DNA of 64,000 nt from a virus (Duplodnaviria > Caudoviricetes), in the IMG/VR virus record IMGVR_UViG_3300029288_000075, positions 64,001-128,000 of that record; one strand, written 5' to 3'. The position numbers and the translations under genes were made by a program. Positions 1-9,211 of this stretch are shown here, one piece after another. The notes beneath the pieces are model-generated. The model ran no database searches and was not told where the DNA came from. It worked only from the letters and a program-made list of their open reading frames with translations. The stretch's first letter is position 1; every line of letters begins with the position of its first letter.

Positions 1-1
1 C

Positions 2-421
2 TTGTCGGCAGCGTTGGGGGGAGCAATGCAAGTGGCTGCCGTGAGGACGTTGGAGTCTGCTCTTGCTGGGGGCCCGGTGGCGTCGACCATGCTTTCTCAG
101 TACTCGTCTGCGATGGAGTCATTGAAGCGTGGCTTGGATGCTGTGGTGAATCCTGAGGAGAAGCTACGTAAGGATCTGAAACGAGCAGCGCTGGCTACTA
201 CTACGCAAAAGGTTCCGCTACTACCGCAGCTTACGGGGGGAAACCACACTACGAACGTGTATCCAGAGCCTAAGGTGGTTACCAAGGTCATGGATGCAGA
301 GTTTGACGCCGCTGAAGATGATGAAGATGACGAGGCTGACGGCGCAGCAGGGTCAACCGATGAGGGGCAAGAAGAAGACAGCGAGGTTGAAGATGGCGAT
401 GACACCCAAGACGATAGGTAG
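2..421 (+). CDS. Hypothetical protein, 5'-truncated, acidic C-terminus
   Basis: ORF open from the window edge; D/E-rich tail; overlaps the next gene. Confidence 0.6.
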   Translation: MSAALGGAMQVAAVRTLESALAGGPVASTMLSQYSSAMESLKRGLDAVVNPEEKLRKDLKRAALATTTQKVPLLPQLTGGNHTTNVYPEPKVVTKVMDAEFDAAEDDEDDEADGAAGSTDEGQEEDSEVEDGDDTQDDR

Positions 422-872
422 AGAAGAGACAGAGGAATTTCGTGGACAGTGGGCTGCCGCTGCCCAGGATGTGGCAGGCGTGTCTGACGCCGTAGTGAAG
501 TTCAAGCAGGTGGAGTGCTACACCACGTTTCTGGCGGAGTATGCGGCGGTGGATGGTAACGTCATCATCCACTTCTTTCCACCTAGAGAGTCCTTCACGA
601 TGGTAGGGGGCAAGCCTGTATTGTCTCGGGATTTCATGCATTGGTGGCAGACTAGGTTTCCAGAGCTACTGAGCCCTGCGGCAGAGGAGTATTTCAAGGC
701 TACGCAGCCTACGCTGCAAGCACAGTACATTCCGGAGATGCAGAGCTGGTGGATGAGAGCTGGCGGTTTTGCTAGACGTTTAGGCGTGTCGGCCTTTGTT
801 GAGGGCTTCTTTTCTCTGCTTGACCAGCGGATTGATGAGGCTTCCTCTTCTTCGTCGGCGGGGAATAGTTGA
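393..872 (+). CDS. Hypothetical protein
   Basis: ATG 393 after GAGG; globular-looking sequence. Confidence 0.6.
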   Translation: MAMTPKTIGREETEEFRGQWAAAAQDVAGVSDAVVKFKQVECYTTFLAEYAAVDGNVIIHFFPPRESFTMVGGKPVLSRDFMHWWQTRFPELLSPAAEEYFKATQPTLQAQYIPEMQSWWMRAGGFARRLGVSAFVEGFFSLLDQRIDEASSSSSAGNS

Positions 873-1142
873 TCTGCATACGAACGTGCGTTCGCTGCAT
901 GGATAGGTGCTTTACTGGCCACCTCTCTTTGCGCAGGTACATACGCATGTACTTGCTAGCTACCTTCCATATGGGAGGGGGTATTCGTTGATTCAGTCGA
1001 ATGGTTACGGCAAAGCCGCCGTCCTTCAGAGGGTCTACGGTTGCCTGTTCTCCCCAGTGGGTGTCGGCGGCACGCCGCAAAGATTCCCACAGGCAACGCA
1101 CTGCGGTGTATGGGTCGTTGGTTGGTTTGGGAGGGTACATTG

Positions 1143-2987
1143 ATGGCTGCGGCCTCCTCGTACGTGTCTGACTTTTCTGAGCATCCGGATGATGACGGTC
1201 CTGATGGTATGCCACTTACGGACAAGGAGCTAGCACAACTACGCAAGCTCCGCGAGTGGTCACCGGAGGTTCACCAGTACAGTCTGGAGGACTACGGAGT
1301 AAATGATACCGATTTTGAAGATCCGGCGGACGTCGAAGACGACCTGCACATTTTGCCGTCGGCATTCACTGAGTTTGCTTTTCAGATGCCTACGTACTCG
1401 GGATACGAGAACTTCTCGTTCGAGGGCAGGCGTCATTTGCAACACATCTACGACACGCCGAGGCGTCGTCTGCTGCTGCTGTGCGGTCGCCAGGTGGAGA
1501 AATCCACGCTGCTTGGCAACAAGGCCATTGGCCTGAGCTGTCTGATCCCTGCGTACAACACGCTGTACGTTAGCCCATCGGCCACGCAGACCAAGACCTT
1601 CTCGAACGACCGTATCAAGGACCCGATCGAGACCAGCCCGGTGTTGCGTAACTACACCACGCACATGCTCTCGCAGAACATCTTCGAGAAGCAGTTCATC
1701 AATCGGTCCAAGATCACGCTTCGCTACGCGTTTTTGAACGCAGACCGTGTCCGTGGTATTCCGGCAAACCAGCTGCTGATAGATGAGATTCAGCACGTTC
1801 TAGCGGACAATATCCCTGTCATTGAGCAGTGCCTCTTCCATTCTCCGAAGAGGATGAAGAGGTACATCTACTCGGGCACTCCCTTGTCTTTGGACAATGT
1901 GCTTGAGGACTATTGGGCGAACAGGTCCACGCAGAATCAGTGGGTGATTCCTTGCGATTGTACGGGTGGTGACGAAGGCAGGTACTGGAACATCCTTGGT
2001 GAGAAGAACATCGGCAAGAAGCATCTGATTTGTGAGCACTGCGGTAAGCAGTTGTTCCCGATGTGCGACGGGGCCCAATGGGCTAGTACGGTGGCATACG
2101 ATCCCGTCCATACGCCGTTTGAGGGGTACCGTATCCCTCAGTTGATGGTGCCCTGGCTGGACTGGAATGAGCTCCTCTACAACTTCCACCACCACTCCAG
2201 GAACCGGTTTTACAACGAGGCGTTGGGCATCTCGTTTGATAGCGGGCTACGCCCGTTGTCTCGAGCGCAGGTTCGTGCGAATTGCAACCCGCGCGTGTAC
2301 ATGTCCGATGTGGCCAAGTACCAAAAGCTGTCACTGGCGCATCCTGTATTCGCCGGAATCGATTGGGGCACAGGGGAGAACACGTACACGGTCCTCAGCC
2401 TAGGCATGTACGTTGGCAACAAGTTTCGCATCTTCTACATCCACCGGTTTACTGGCGAAGATATCGACGTTGAAGTTCAGCAGGAGAAGATCTTCGAGAC
2501 GCTGCGCGCGTTCAATGTGCGTCTAATAGGGGCGGACTACGGGGGTGGCTATTACCCCAACGACTTCTTGACCAGAAGGTTTGGGCGTGAGCGCGTGTTG
2601 AAGTACCAGTACGTGGCGCGGTTGGCTGCGAAGCTGCGCTGGGAGGCCAAGCTGCAGCGCTACGTGTGTCACCGCACCGAGGTGATGAGCGCGGTATTCA
2701 ATGCCATAAAGCGTGCCAACGTGTTTGAGTTTCCTCGCTGGGAGGAGTTCAAGGATCCGTATGCGTCTGACATGCTCAACATCTTCAGCGAGTACAACGA
2801 ACGTTTGCGCATGACGCAGTACGGGCACACGGCAGGAAAGACAGACGATTCTCTGCATTCCATTCTGCTGTGCTTTCTTGCTTCAATGATAGTGCGTCCA
2901 CGCCCCGATATCATTTCTCCAAATAAGGAGATGGAGCACGCGGGAGCAATCTGGTCCAGTTACTCGGGTCCTGTCGACCAGGGATAA
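1143..2987 (+). CDS. terL: Terminase large subunit (lambda GpA-like)
   Basis: Walker A variant LLCGRQVEKST, Walker B LLIDEIQ, coupling motif YSGTP, CxC...CEHC zinc ribbon, RNase H-like AGIDWG and DDSLHS; GGAGG before ATG 1143. Confidence 0.9.
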   Translation: MAAASSYVSDFSEHPDDDGPDGMPLTDKELAQLRKLREWSPEVHQYSLEDYGVNDTDFEDPADVEDDLHILPSAFTEFAFQMPTYSGYENFSFEGRRHLQHIYDTPRRRLLLLCGRQVEKSTLLGNKAIGLSCLIPAYNTLYVSPSATQTKTFSNDRIKDPIETSPVLRNYTTHMLSQNIFEKQFINRSKITLRYAFLNADRVRGIPANQLLIDEIQHVLADNIPVIEQCLFHSPKRMKRYIYSGTPLSLDNVLEDYWANRSTQNQWVIPCDCTGGDEGRYWNILGEKNIGKKHLICEHCGKQLFPMCDGAQWASTVAYDPVHTPFEGYRIPQLMVPWLDWNELLYNFHHHSRNRFYNEALGISFDSGLRPLSRAQVRANCNPRVYMSDVAKYQKLSLAHPVFAGIDWGTGENTYTVLSLGMYVGNKFRIFYIHRFTGEDIDVEVQQEKIFETLRAFNVRLIGADYGGGYYPNDFLTRRFGRERVLKYQYVARLAAKLRWEAKLQRYVCHRTEVMSAVFNAIKRANVFEFPRWEEFKDPYASDMLNIFSEYNERLRMTQYGHTAGKTDDSLHSILLCFLASMIVRPRPDIISPNKEMEHAGAIWSSYSGPVDQG

Positions 2988-2995
2988 CCCTGGAC

Positions 2996-3024
2996 TTGCC
3001 TCCTAAGTAGTTTTGAGCTACGGT
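2996..3024 (+). promoter_or_regulatory. Sigma70-type promoter for a leaderless HNH transcript
   Basis: TTGCCT-17 nt-TACGGT, ATG 5 nt downstream, no Shine-Dalgarno (SD). Confidence 0.5.
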
Positions 3025-3029
3025 GGGGC

Positions 3030-3671
3030 ATGACACTCACTAAGCGCCCGTGCGTTGTATGCCGCACCTCTTTTTCTCCGACTAGCGCATCTAACGTCTG
3101 CTGCTCTCGTACTTGTGCTCGTGCACTGCGTGGTGACTTCGTCGCTAGGTTCTGGGCTCGCGTTGATAAGAAGGGCGCGGTAGCGCCAGGAATGAAGACT
3201 GCTTGCTGGCTCTGGACAGGGCGCCTGGAGAAAAATGGGTATGCGCGGATCAAGCGAGAGGATTCCAAGCAGCAGGTTTCCGTGCACCGTGCAGCCTGGG
3301 AACTACGCCACGGGGAGGTGCCTGACGGACTGTGCGTTCTGCACAAATGTGATGTTCGACACTGCGTTAGGCATTTGTTTCTTGGCACGCATCAAGCCAA
3401 TACGGCGGACATGCTCAAGAAGGGTAGGGCTAACAAGGCGCAGGGAGAAGCGCACGGGCAGTCCAAGCTAAGTAAAGAGCAGGTGCGCGCAATCCTCATG
3501 GGGTACTACGCCCTTGGTTTTACTCAGGTGGAATTAGCAGAGAAGTACGGGGTTAGTTCGATGCAGGTTAGTAGGATATGTTCCGGCAAACGCTGGAAGA
3601 AGGCTCTGCAAAGTCTGGGTACCTACGAGTTTACGCGACGTGGAAAGCGAGTGACGGTGTCGGCCACGTAG
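3030..3671 (+). CDS. HNH homing endonuclease (HNH_3-type) with C-terminal HTH
   Basis: RFWARVDK..CWLWTG..GY..HRAAWEL..VLHKCD..CVRHLFLGTHQANTADM; HTH TQVELAEKYGVS. Confidence 0.9.
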   Translation: MTLTKRPCVVCRTSFSPTSASNVCCSRTCARALRGDFVARFWARVDKKGAVAPGMKTACWLWTGRLEKNGYARIKREDSKQQVSVHRAAWELRHGEVPDGLCVLHKCDVRHCVRHLFLGTHQANTADMLKKGRANKAQGEAHGQSKLSKEQVRAILMGYYALGFTQVELAEKYGVSSMQVSRICSGKRWKKALQSLGTYEFTRRGKRVTVSAT

Positions 3672-3675
3672 CTAA

Positions 3676-3699
3676 GAAAAAGGAGGGGCTGCCCTCCTT
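3676..3699 (-). terminator. Intrinsic terminator between convergent genes
   Basis: AAGGAGGG-GCTG-CCCTCCTT hairpin followed on the minus strand by TTT(C)TTAGC. Confidence 0.7.
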
Positions 3700-3719
3700 A
3701 TCCGCAATCCGGATTGCGG

Positions 3720-3965
3720 CTATTTGACAGCCTTCTCTACCTCGTTGTAGAGGACGACCACCGGCCACGCCACTGCAGAAAAGACTACGATACCCAGCAG
3801 CGCAGCCTTAGCGCAGTCTTGGAGACCTTCTGTGGACAACGGGTTGCCTTCCTCTGCGTTGGTGGTGAGCATAGAAACGGCAATAGCTCCGTGCTGCATC
3901 TCACGGTATGCGTTGTAGCCAACAGCAGCACCGATCACCGCGTACGAGACTCCTAGAATTGACAT
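3720..3965 (-). CDS. Small membrane protein (two hydrophobic segments)
   Basis: GGAGG SD; hydrophobic N- and C-terminal helices; downstream of a GATAAG promoter. Confidence 0.7.
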   Translation of the reverse strand: MSILGVSYAVIGAAVGYNAYREMQHGAIAVSMLTTNAEEGNPLSTEGLQDCAKAALLGIVVFSAVAWPVVVLYNEVEKAVK

Positions 3966-3968
3966 AGC

Positions 3969-3996
3969 AGTTCCTCCACTACCTTTCTTATCCCCG
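3969..3996 (-). repeat. 28-bp exact repeat (promoter -10 plus leader/SD), copy 1
   Basis: AGTTCCTCCACTACCTTTCTTATCCCCG, identical at 46200-46227. Confidence 0.9.
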
Positions 3997-4015
3997 ATAT
4001 TTGCAGGGACTTTCA
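3987..4015 (-). promoter_or_regulatory. Phage sigma-28-like promoter
   Basis: TGAAA-N14-CGGGGATAAG on the minus strand; recurs at 45234 and 46218. Confidence 0.7.
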
Positions 4016-4717
4016 GATAGTGAAGGTTCGTGGGAACAGGTGGGAGATTACGTCGTCTACGATCTCGCCGTCCATGAAGGTGCGGTTCGCCACATTGGCG
4101 CCTAGTTGGCTGTGCACGTAGAAGTAGGCTACGTTGCGCAGGTTCTTCCTGGCTGCTTCCATGCAGGCATGCGCAAATGCCATGTTGGCTGTTTCTTCTA
4201 CAGCGCTTATGGCATGCAGCTTAGTGGCCAGAAGCAAGTAGTATTGCCAGGGCTCTGCTGTGCTGGCTAGCTGGGCAACGCGACGTAGGTACGTTTCATC
4301 CATCGCCTGGAATATGGAGGCCCACTCGAGTATGGCTCTGGCTTTGAAGGTGATGCGCTTCACATGCAGCGCTTTCTGCACTTTGACATGTAGCCGGTAC
4401 ATGTCTTCCTCGTCGAACGAGAGCACTCGCCCGTCTAGGCCGAGTGTTTTGCACAGGGCCTCGAGGCGGTCCTTCACGGTCCTACTGATTGAGAGCGCCA
4501 GCTCTGCGGTGGACGTGGCATCGCGGGTGGACCTTCTTGCGTGTCCTTCACGGTAAGCCAGTATCTCGTCCTTCTTGTACTTGGAGGATGCGGCAGTGCC
4601 GTTGTCTACGGCAGGGACTATCGCGTTTACGAACACCAGGTGCGACATCCATTTGCGGGAAATGCCCAGTAGGCGCGCGGCGCGGTTGTGCGAGACTAGG
4701 TGCTCTGACCTTCCCAT
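4013..4717 (-). CDS. Excisionase/MerR-like HTH DNA-binding protein
   Basis: N-terminal VSHNRAARLLGISRKWMSHLV...YKKDEILAY followed by a helical domain. Confidence 0.6.
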   Translation of the reverse strand: MGRSEHLVSHNRAARLLGISRKWMSHLVFVNAIVPAVDNGTAASSKYKKDEILAYREGHARRSTRDATSTAELALSISRTVKDRLEALCKTLGLDGRVLSFDEEDMYRLHVKVQKALHVKRITFKARAILEWASIFQAMDETYLRRVAQLASTAEPWQYYLLLATKLHAISAVEETANMAFAHACMEAARKNLRNVAYFYVHSQLGANVANRTFMDGEIVDDVISHLFPRTFTI

Positions 4718-4764
4718 GGGCTGAATCACGTGCTACTTCTTACGAGTGCTTGAAAGGGTTCGTG

Positions 4765-6039
4765 ATGCAAACTTCCCCACTGCAGCTCTTCCTCCAACAG
4801 CGCGAAGCGAGACCGGTGGCAGGGCAGCATCTGGAACATCTAGGTAAGGAAGCTGCCACAAACTGGGTGCTTGGGAAATGCGCTTCTCTACATGAGGCGG
4901 CGGTGAACGTACTTCGTGCGGAGCAGCTGTCTCCCGAGCAGGTACGTAGGGTAGTTGAATTTACCAACCAGAACGCGTATCTGCAGGAGTTCCGTAAGGA
5001 AGGCGACCACAAAGTGGTGCATTTCGATTGTGGACCCGCCGACCCTGCTCAAGTACTGCAAGATTTGAATGATGGTGGTGGGGGTTCGTTGTACGATCAG
5101 GGCAACTTGCACCACCGAGCAATCCCGACACGTACGTCTGCACGAGGAGCATCCATGGACAAGACCGCATCCGCCCAAGACCAAGGGATCCCTGGCCTGC
5201 CCAAATTGACCAGGCTGCCGGGCCTACCCAAGGCAGCGTCTGTACCGGAAGAGGAGCTGTGGGGGTTGTTTCAGACCGATGCGTCTGGCGCGCTTCCCTA
5301 CGCCGAACCGCGGCGTCCGTTGATGGACGTGCGCAGTAAACTTGCCGGAGTGCAGGGAGAGTTAGAGGACGCAGTCAATCAGCTCGAGCTGGACTATCAG
5401 GAGGCTTCGAGCCAGTTGTACCATCAGGTGAAGCAGGCGGCGTTGACGGGGGAGAGTTTGGGTTCGATTGTAGCTGCTTGGGCAACTGTCTCGGAAGCTC
5501 CGGTGTTCACGAAGGCGGCGTTTGCCATGCTCACTCCGCTGTTGCGTCATGACGGCGTATTCCCTTCGTTGGACAGCATTGGGGCGTCTTTGGAGAAGCA
5601 GGCTTCAGGCGTGGTGAATGGTGAGCATCCGCTGGTGCGTGCTTACGCAGATTTCGTGAATACGTTGGGCAAGTTGGCTGCAGCACGGGGGTTGCACCAG
5701 GAGTACCTCGAAGGAGTTGCCCTCACAGAGGAGCTGTTGAAAAACGCGGCAGGGGGTGTGGTAGGTGCCGTGAAAGCAACGGGGAAGGGGATTGACGCGA
5801 TCTCCGGTCCTTTGGCACACGCGCTGGTGGGCCCTGCTGACGCAAAGAAAGTGGCGCCGTCGATAGCCCGCGGGTTGAAGCTCACGGCGGGTGGTGCTGC
5901 GGTACTTGGCACCAACGCGGCCGTGCAGAATGTCACTGACCGCCCAGGCGTGCAGCGCGTGCTGCAGGCAGCTAAGTCCACCGTGCCAGGTACCATGGAG
6001 TACCAAAATCGTCGCTATCGCAACATGACGGGGATGTAA
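4765..6039 (+). CDS. Head morphogenesis/internal protein with multiple K-x-A motifs
   Basis: LSPEQVRRVVEFTNQNAYL domain; DKTAS, VKQAA, EKQAS, GKLAA, LKNAA; lies upstream of the protease. Confidence 0.7.
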   Translation: MQTSPLQLFLQQREARPVAGQHLEHLGKEAATNWVLGKCASLHEAAVNVLRAEQLSPEQVRRVVEFTNQNAYLQEFRKEGDHKVVHFDCGPADPAQVLQDLNDGGGGSLYDQGNLHHRAIPTRTSARGASMDKTASAQDQGIPGLPKLTRLPGLPKAASVPEEELWGLFQTDASGALPYAEPRRPLMDVRSKLAGVQGELEDAVNQLELDYQEASSQLYHQVKQAALTGESLGSIVAAWATVSEAPVFTKAAFAMLTPLLRHDGVFPSLDSIGASLEKQASGVVNGEHPLVRAYADFVNTLGKLAAARGLHQEYLEGVALTEELLKNAAGGVVGAVKATGKGIDAISGPLAHALVGPADAKKVAPSIARGLKLTAGGAAVLGTNAAVQNVTDRPGVQRVLQAAKSTVPGTMEYQNRRYRNMTGM

Positions 6040-6044
6040 TTACC

Positions 6045-6635
6045 ATGAACCCAGCAGAAGAGTTCTTGACGGAGAAGAAGGCGTTCGGTCTTGGGGCACT
6101 CACGGGAGCAGCCCGCTCTACGGGTAAAGCAATGTCCCCAGCGGCCAAAGCGTTTGGTTCTGCTGCTGCAGTGGGGGCTGGGGCTGCGGCATTTGCTGGG
6201 CTGGCGGGTGGTGCAAGCAAGCTGTACGCAGCGGCCACCAAGACTCGAGACTTCCGCGCCATGCTGGATGCGAATCCAGACTTGCTACAGCATCAGAAAG
6301 CAGACCCGGCAGGGTTCAATCGCATGTACTCTTCGTTGCGCACATTGGCACCGGAGTTTGCTGCGGAACCGCTGGTAGCTGGCTATTACCTACGTCAAGG
6401 TATGGAGGGCCTCATGGAGGGTCGTGGCGGCGTGTCTGTGCAGGCCATGAATGCAAAGCGTCCTGTGCAGACCGGGCCTATGACGGATGCGGCCTTGCAG
6501 GGGTACATGAGGGGCATGGGTTCGAAGAAGGAAGAGGGTCCTCGACCGCAGTTGGTATCGCAGACGCGACATCGATTCGACCCGGAAACTCAGGGGTGGC
6601 AGCAAACTGAGACCACCGAGAATCGGTACGGATGA
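6045..6635 (+). CDS. Putative internal head protein (K-x-A leader, Gly/Ala hydrophobic segment)
   Basis: MNPAEEFLTEKKAF leader; AAAVGAGAAAFAGLAGG. Confidence 0.7.
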   Translation: MNPAEEFLTEKKAFGLGALTGAARSTGKAMSPAAKAFGSAAAVGAGAAAFAGLAGGASKLYAAATKTRDFRAMLDANPDLLQHQKADPAGFNRMYSSLRTLAPEFAAEPLVAGYYLRQGMEGLMEGRGGVSVQAMNAKRPVQTGPMTDAALQGYMRGMGSKKEEGPRPQLVSQTRHRFDPETQGWQQTETTENRYG

Positions 6636-8320
6636 TCAAGGTCAGTCTCTTCCAGGGCAGCGAGGAGTACGGACCCGCGGCTGTGCCGCTGTTTGGGCCA
6701 TCGGATAGCTACTTCGAGAAGACGGCTTCCGCTACGCTTTTGCCAGAAGTAGCTGACTACATCGCGCACTTGAAGCCGAGGAATGACTCGCAGTACGTAC
6801 TCGTCAACGCCATGGGCGCCGGTGAGTATTACGGCTCCAACGTGAACGGGGATCGCTTTGCAGAGGCTGCTTTGGTACACGCCCCTGCCCGGTGGACAGG
6901 CAAGCCTGTTCACGACATGACGGTAGGAAAGTCTTGGGCCTACGGTTACCCTACGTTCTACGGGGCACATGTTTTTCCGCATCACAAGAACAAGGATCCC
7001 AACCGGGCGCTAGGGACTGTCGAACTGGCGGCGTGGAATCCGCATATGAAGCGTGTCGAGCTCGTCACTAGGCTCGAACACAAGCTGTGCAAGGGATTTG
7101 GCGGTGAAGGGATTTGGGACAAGCTGGTAGCAGGTGAATTTCCTGATGTGAGCATGGGTACCAAGGTGCCCTTCGATACGTGCTCCATTACCTTGGATCG
7201 CGAGCTCTATCAGAAGGCGTGGGATACGTACAATCCCAGCCTGCATCGTAGTCCTGGGGATGCCATTCTTCAGTTCCATAAGAAACTGAAGGCCAAGAAC
7301 GGCGTAGGCATCCGCGGGTTGAGTATCACGCGCGTCGACTACTCAGAGTATGCGCGCCACATGATGAACCAGATCTTGCCAGATGGACGCAAGGTTTGGG
7401 TGGACAATGATTTCCCGAAGTTCTTCGACATTTCGTTTGTGTTCATGGGCGCAGACAAGATTGCCAAGGCCATGCTGAAGATTGCGGCCGGTGGCAAGCG
7501 TGTGTACTCCATCGGCTCGGCAGAGTTGGCAGACAAGCTTGCTGAGTACGACATGATTTGGATTCCAGAGCCTGCGGTCACGGAAAAGACTGCCGGCGTT
7601 TCGAGTATTGAGGACCGCCTGTTGCGGATGGCCGAGCGACGAGGAGAGACGCTCGAGCAGTCGGGAAAGAGCACGGCGAAATCCGCGATGACCAAGGAGG
7701 TCGTTCCCAACCAGCTGGCAGGGAAGGCTGTCCCCCTGCTCACGAGCCAAGAGCGAGATTTGCCGGACAAAGTGCTGGACGAGCTGGCTACTGCTGGGTT
7801 TGGGCCTGCACTTTCTACGGCAACAGGGCTAGGAATTGTGCTCAAGCCTCGCGAGTTTCAGCGTATTACCCTGATTTGCCTGGGTAATCGTGCGGCGGCA
7901 GACGGATTGGACGCGTTAGATCAGGTGTTTCCTCTGTCGTCGGAGAGGGAAGAGCTGCCTCTTGGCCTGGGTGACTTCAGTCCAGCGTTGTCCAGTATCC
8001 TGGCTCCGTTCATGGATTCTAGGTCTTCTCTTGGCCCGCACATCGAGCGGCGCGTAGTCCTTGTGGCAGGTACAACACCTTCGGGTGGTAAAAAGACAGC
8101 TTCCCATTCCTCTGAACTGCTCCGTAAGATTGGGGCTGCCTATAATGGCTATCGAGAAGGCCTCATGCAGTTTGTACCCCATGCGCAAGACTTGATGGAA
8201 GCGACGTCTACTCAAGACGGTCTGCGAAAGCTTGCCGCACTAGCTGCAGAGGAACTATTCACCCCACTGAGCTACCATTACTTGAGCACCGCGTATTTGG
8301 ACGAGGTGACACGTGGGTAG
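6632..8320 (+). CDS. Prohead (capsid maturation) protease
   Basis: GSNVNGDRF, HVFPHHKNKD (His), DVSMG (Ser), FFDISFVFMGAD motifs of HK97/herpes-fold phage proteases; upstream of scaffold and capsid genes. Confidence 0.8.
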   Translation: MIKVSLFQGSEEYGPAAVPLFGPSDSYFEKTASATLLPEVADYIAHLKPRNDSQYVLVNAMGAGEYYGSNVNGDRFAEAALVHAPARWTGKPVHDMTVGKSWAYGYPTFYGAHVFPHHKNKDPNRALGTVELAAWNPHMKRVELVTRLEHKLCKGFGGEGIWDKLVAGEFPDVSMGTKVPFDTCSITLDRELYQKAWDTYNPSLHRSPGDAILQFHKKLKAKNGVGIRGLSITRVDYSEYARHMMNQILPDGRKVWVDNDFPKFFDISFVFMGADKIAKAMLKIAAGGKRVYSIGSAELADKLAEYDMIWIPEPAVTEKTAGVSSIEDRLLRMAERRGETLEQSGKSTAKSAMTKEVVPNQLAGKAVPLLTSQERDLPDKVLDELATAGFGPALSTATGLGIVLKPREFQRITLICLGNRAAADGLDALDQVFPLSSEREELPLGLGDFSPALSSILAPFMDSRSSLGPHIERRVVLVAGTTPSGGKKTASHSSELLRKIGAAYNGYREGLMQFVPHAQDLMEATSTQDGLRKLAALAAEELFTPLSYHYLSTAYLDEVTRG

Positions 8321-8324
8321 CTTG

Positions 8325-8334
8325 ATGGTACAAC
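8325..8334 (+). promoter_or_regulatory. ATGGTACAAC extended -10-like promoter
   Basis: Same 10-mer in intergenic positions at 44025 and 55532. Confidence 0.55.
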
Positions 8335-8413
8335 AAGAAGGCGAAAGCGTGCAGAGGGCGTTACCCCTTGGCGACCACGCAACTCAACACCCCTGTGTGA
8401 TTAGGAGTAAACC

Positions 8414-9163
8414 ATGTCCGGAATCAACGCTCTACTGAACGATGCATACGCAAAGACCGCTGCCACCGCTGAAGATCTCGAGAAGACTGCCCAGCTCGAG
8501 TACTTTGGTGCTCTCTGTGAACGGGAGAGCATCGACGTAGCCCGTCTGGATGACGAGCAAGCCATGAACCTCTTCAAGACTGCGATGGAGATGAAGGCTG
8601 CAGAAGAAGAGGCCGCCAAGGAAGAGAAGAAGGAAGAGGGCAAGGAGGGTAAGAAGGCCCCTCCATTCGGTGGTCCTGCGCATGAAGCCAAGGAAACTCC
8701 CAAAGAGGAGAAGAAGGAAGAGAAGGCCAAGGAAGCCGCCGTGCAAGAGTGGCAGTCCAAGGTTGCCGAGGCGCGATCCGCGTATGAGGCGACTGTGGCC
8801 GGCCGTCTTATGGCAGATGCGTTCATCGACCAGATGCAGAAGCGCGCTGCGGCGGGTGAGGCGGGCGCTGCTGGAGATGCGGCGCGTGCGGTCATCGAGC
8901 AGGCAAAGATTGCATCGGCTGCCCCTGCTCGGTCGGATACTCCTTCGATCGATTTCGTTGCGGGCAACCGCGCCATCGACCTTCTCAAGGAGGCCGGCTA
9001 CGACGCGGACGAGGTAGTGAGCAAGGTCAACGCCATCTACACGCTGGGGCTGCCCGCCAGTACCAAGCTTGCTTCTGTGCCAGACTTCAACAGCGCTGTA
9101 GAGATGCGTGCCCTCGAGATTTGTGAACTTGCTGGCGCGTCGGTGGATTGGAGCAAGGTCTAG
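8414..9163 (+). CDS. Scaffold-like protein
   Basis: AGGAG SD; E/K-rich helical; AKTAA, EKTAQ, QKRAA, AKIAS, TKLAS. Confidence 0.65.
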   Translation: MSGINALLNDAYAKTAATAEDLEKTAQLEYFGALCERESIDVARLDDEQAMNLFKTAMEMKAAEEEAAKEEKKEEGKEGKKAPPFGGPAHEAKETPKEEKKEEKAKEAAVQEWQSKVAEARSAYEATVAGRLMADAFIDQMQKRAAAGEAGAAGDAARAVIEQAKIASAAPARSDTPSIDFVAGNRAIDLLKEAGYDADEVVSKVNAIYTLGLPASTKLASVPDFNSAVEMRALEICELAGASVDWSKV

Positions 9164-9211
9164 TACTGCCCCGGTGGTCTTGGTGTTCTGAGAGTTGGAG
9201 CTGTTCGTAGC

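Noticed and set aside
772-1215. Minus-strand ORF upstream of the terminase
   Set aside because: Fills a gap and reads plausibly, but its start collides with the terL start and it overlaps the previous gene; not supportable
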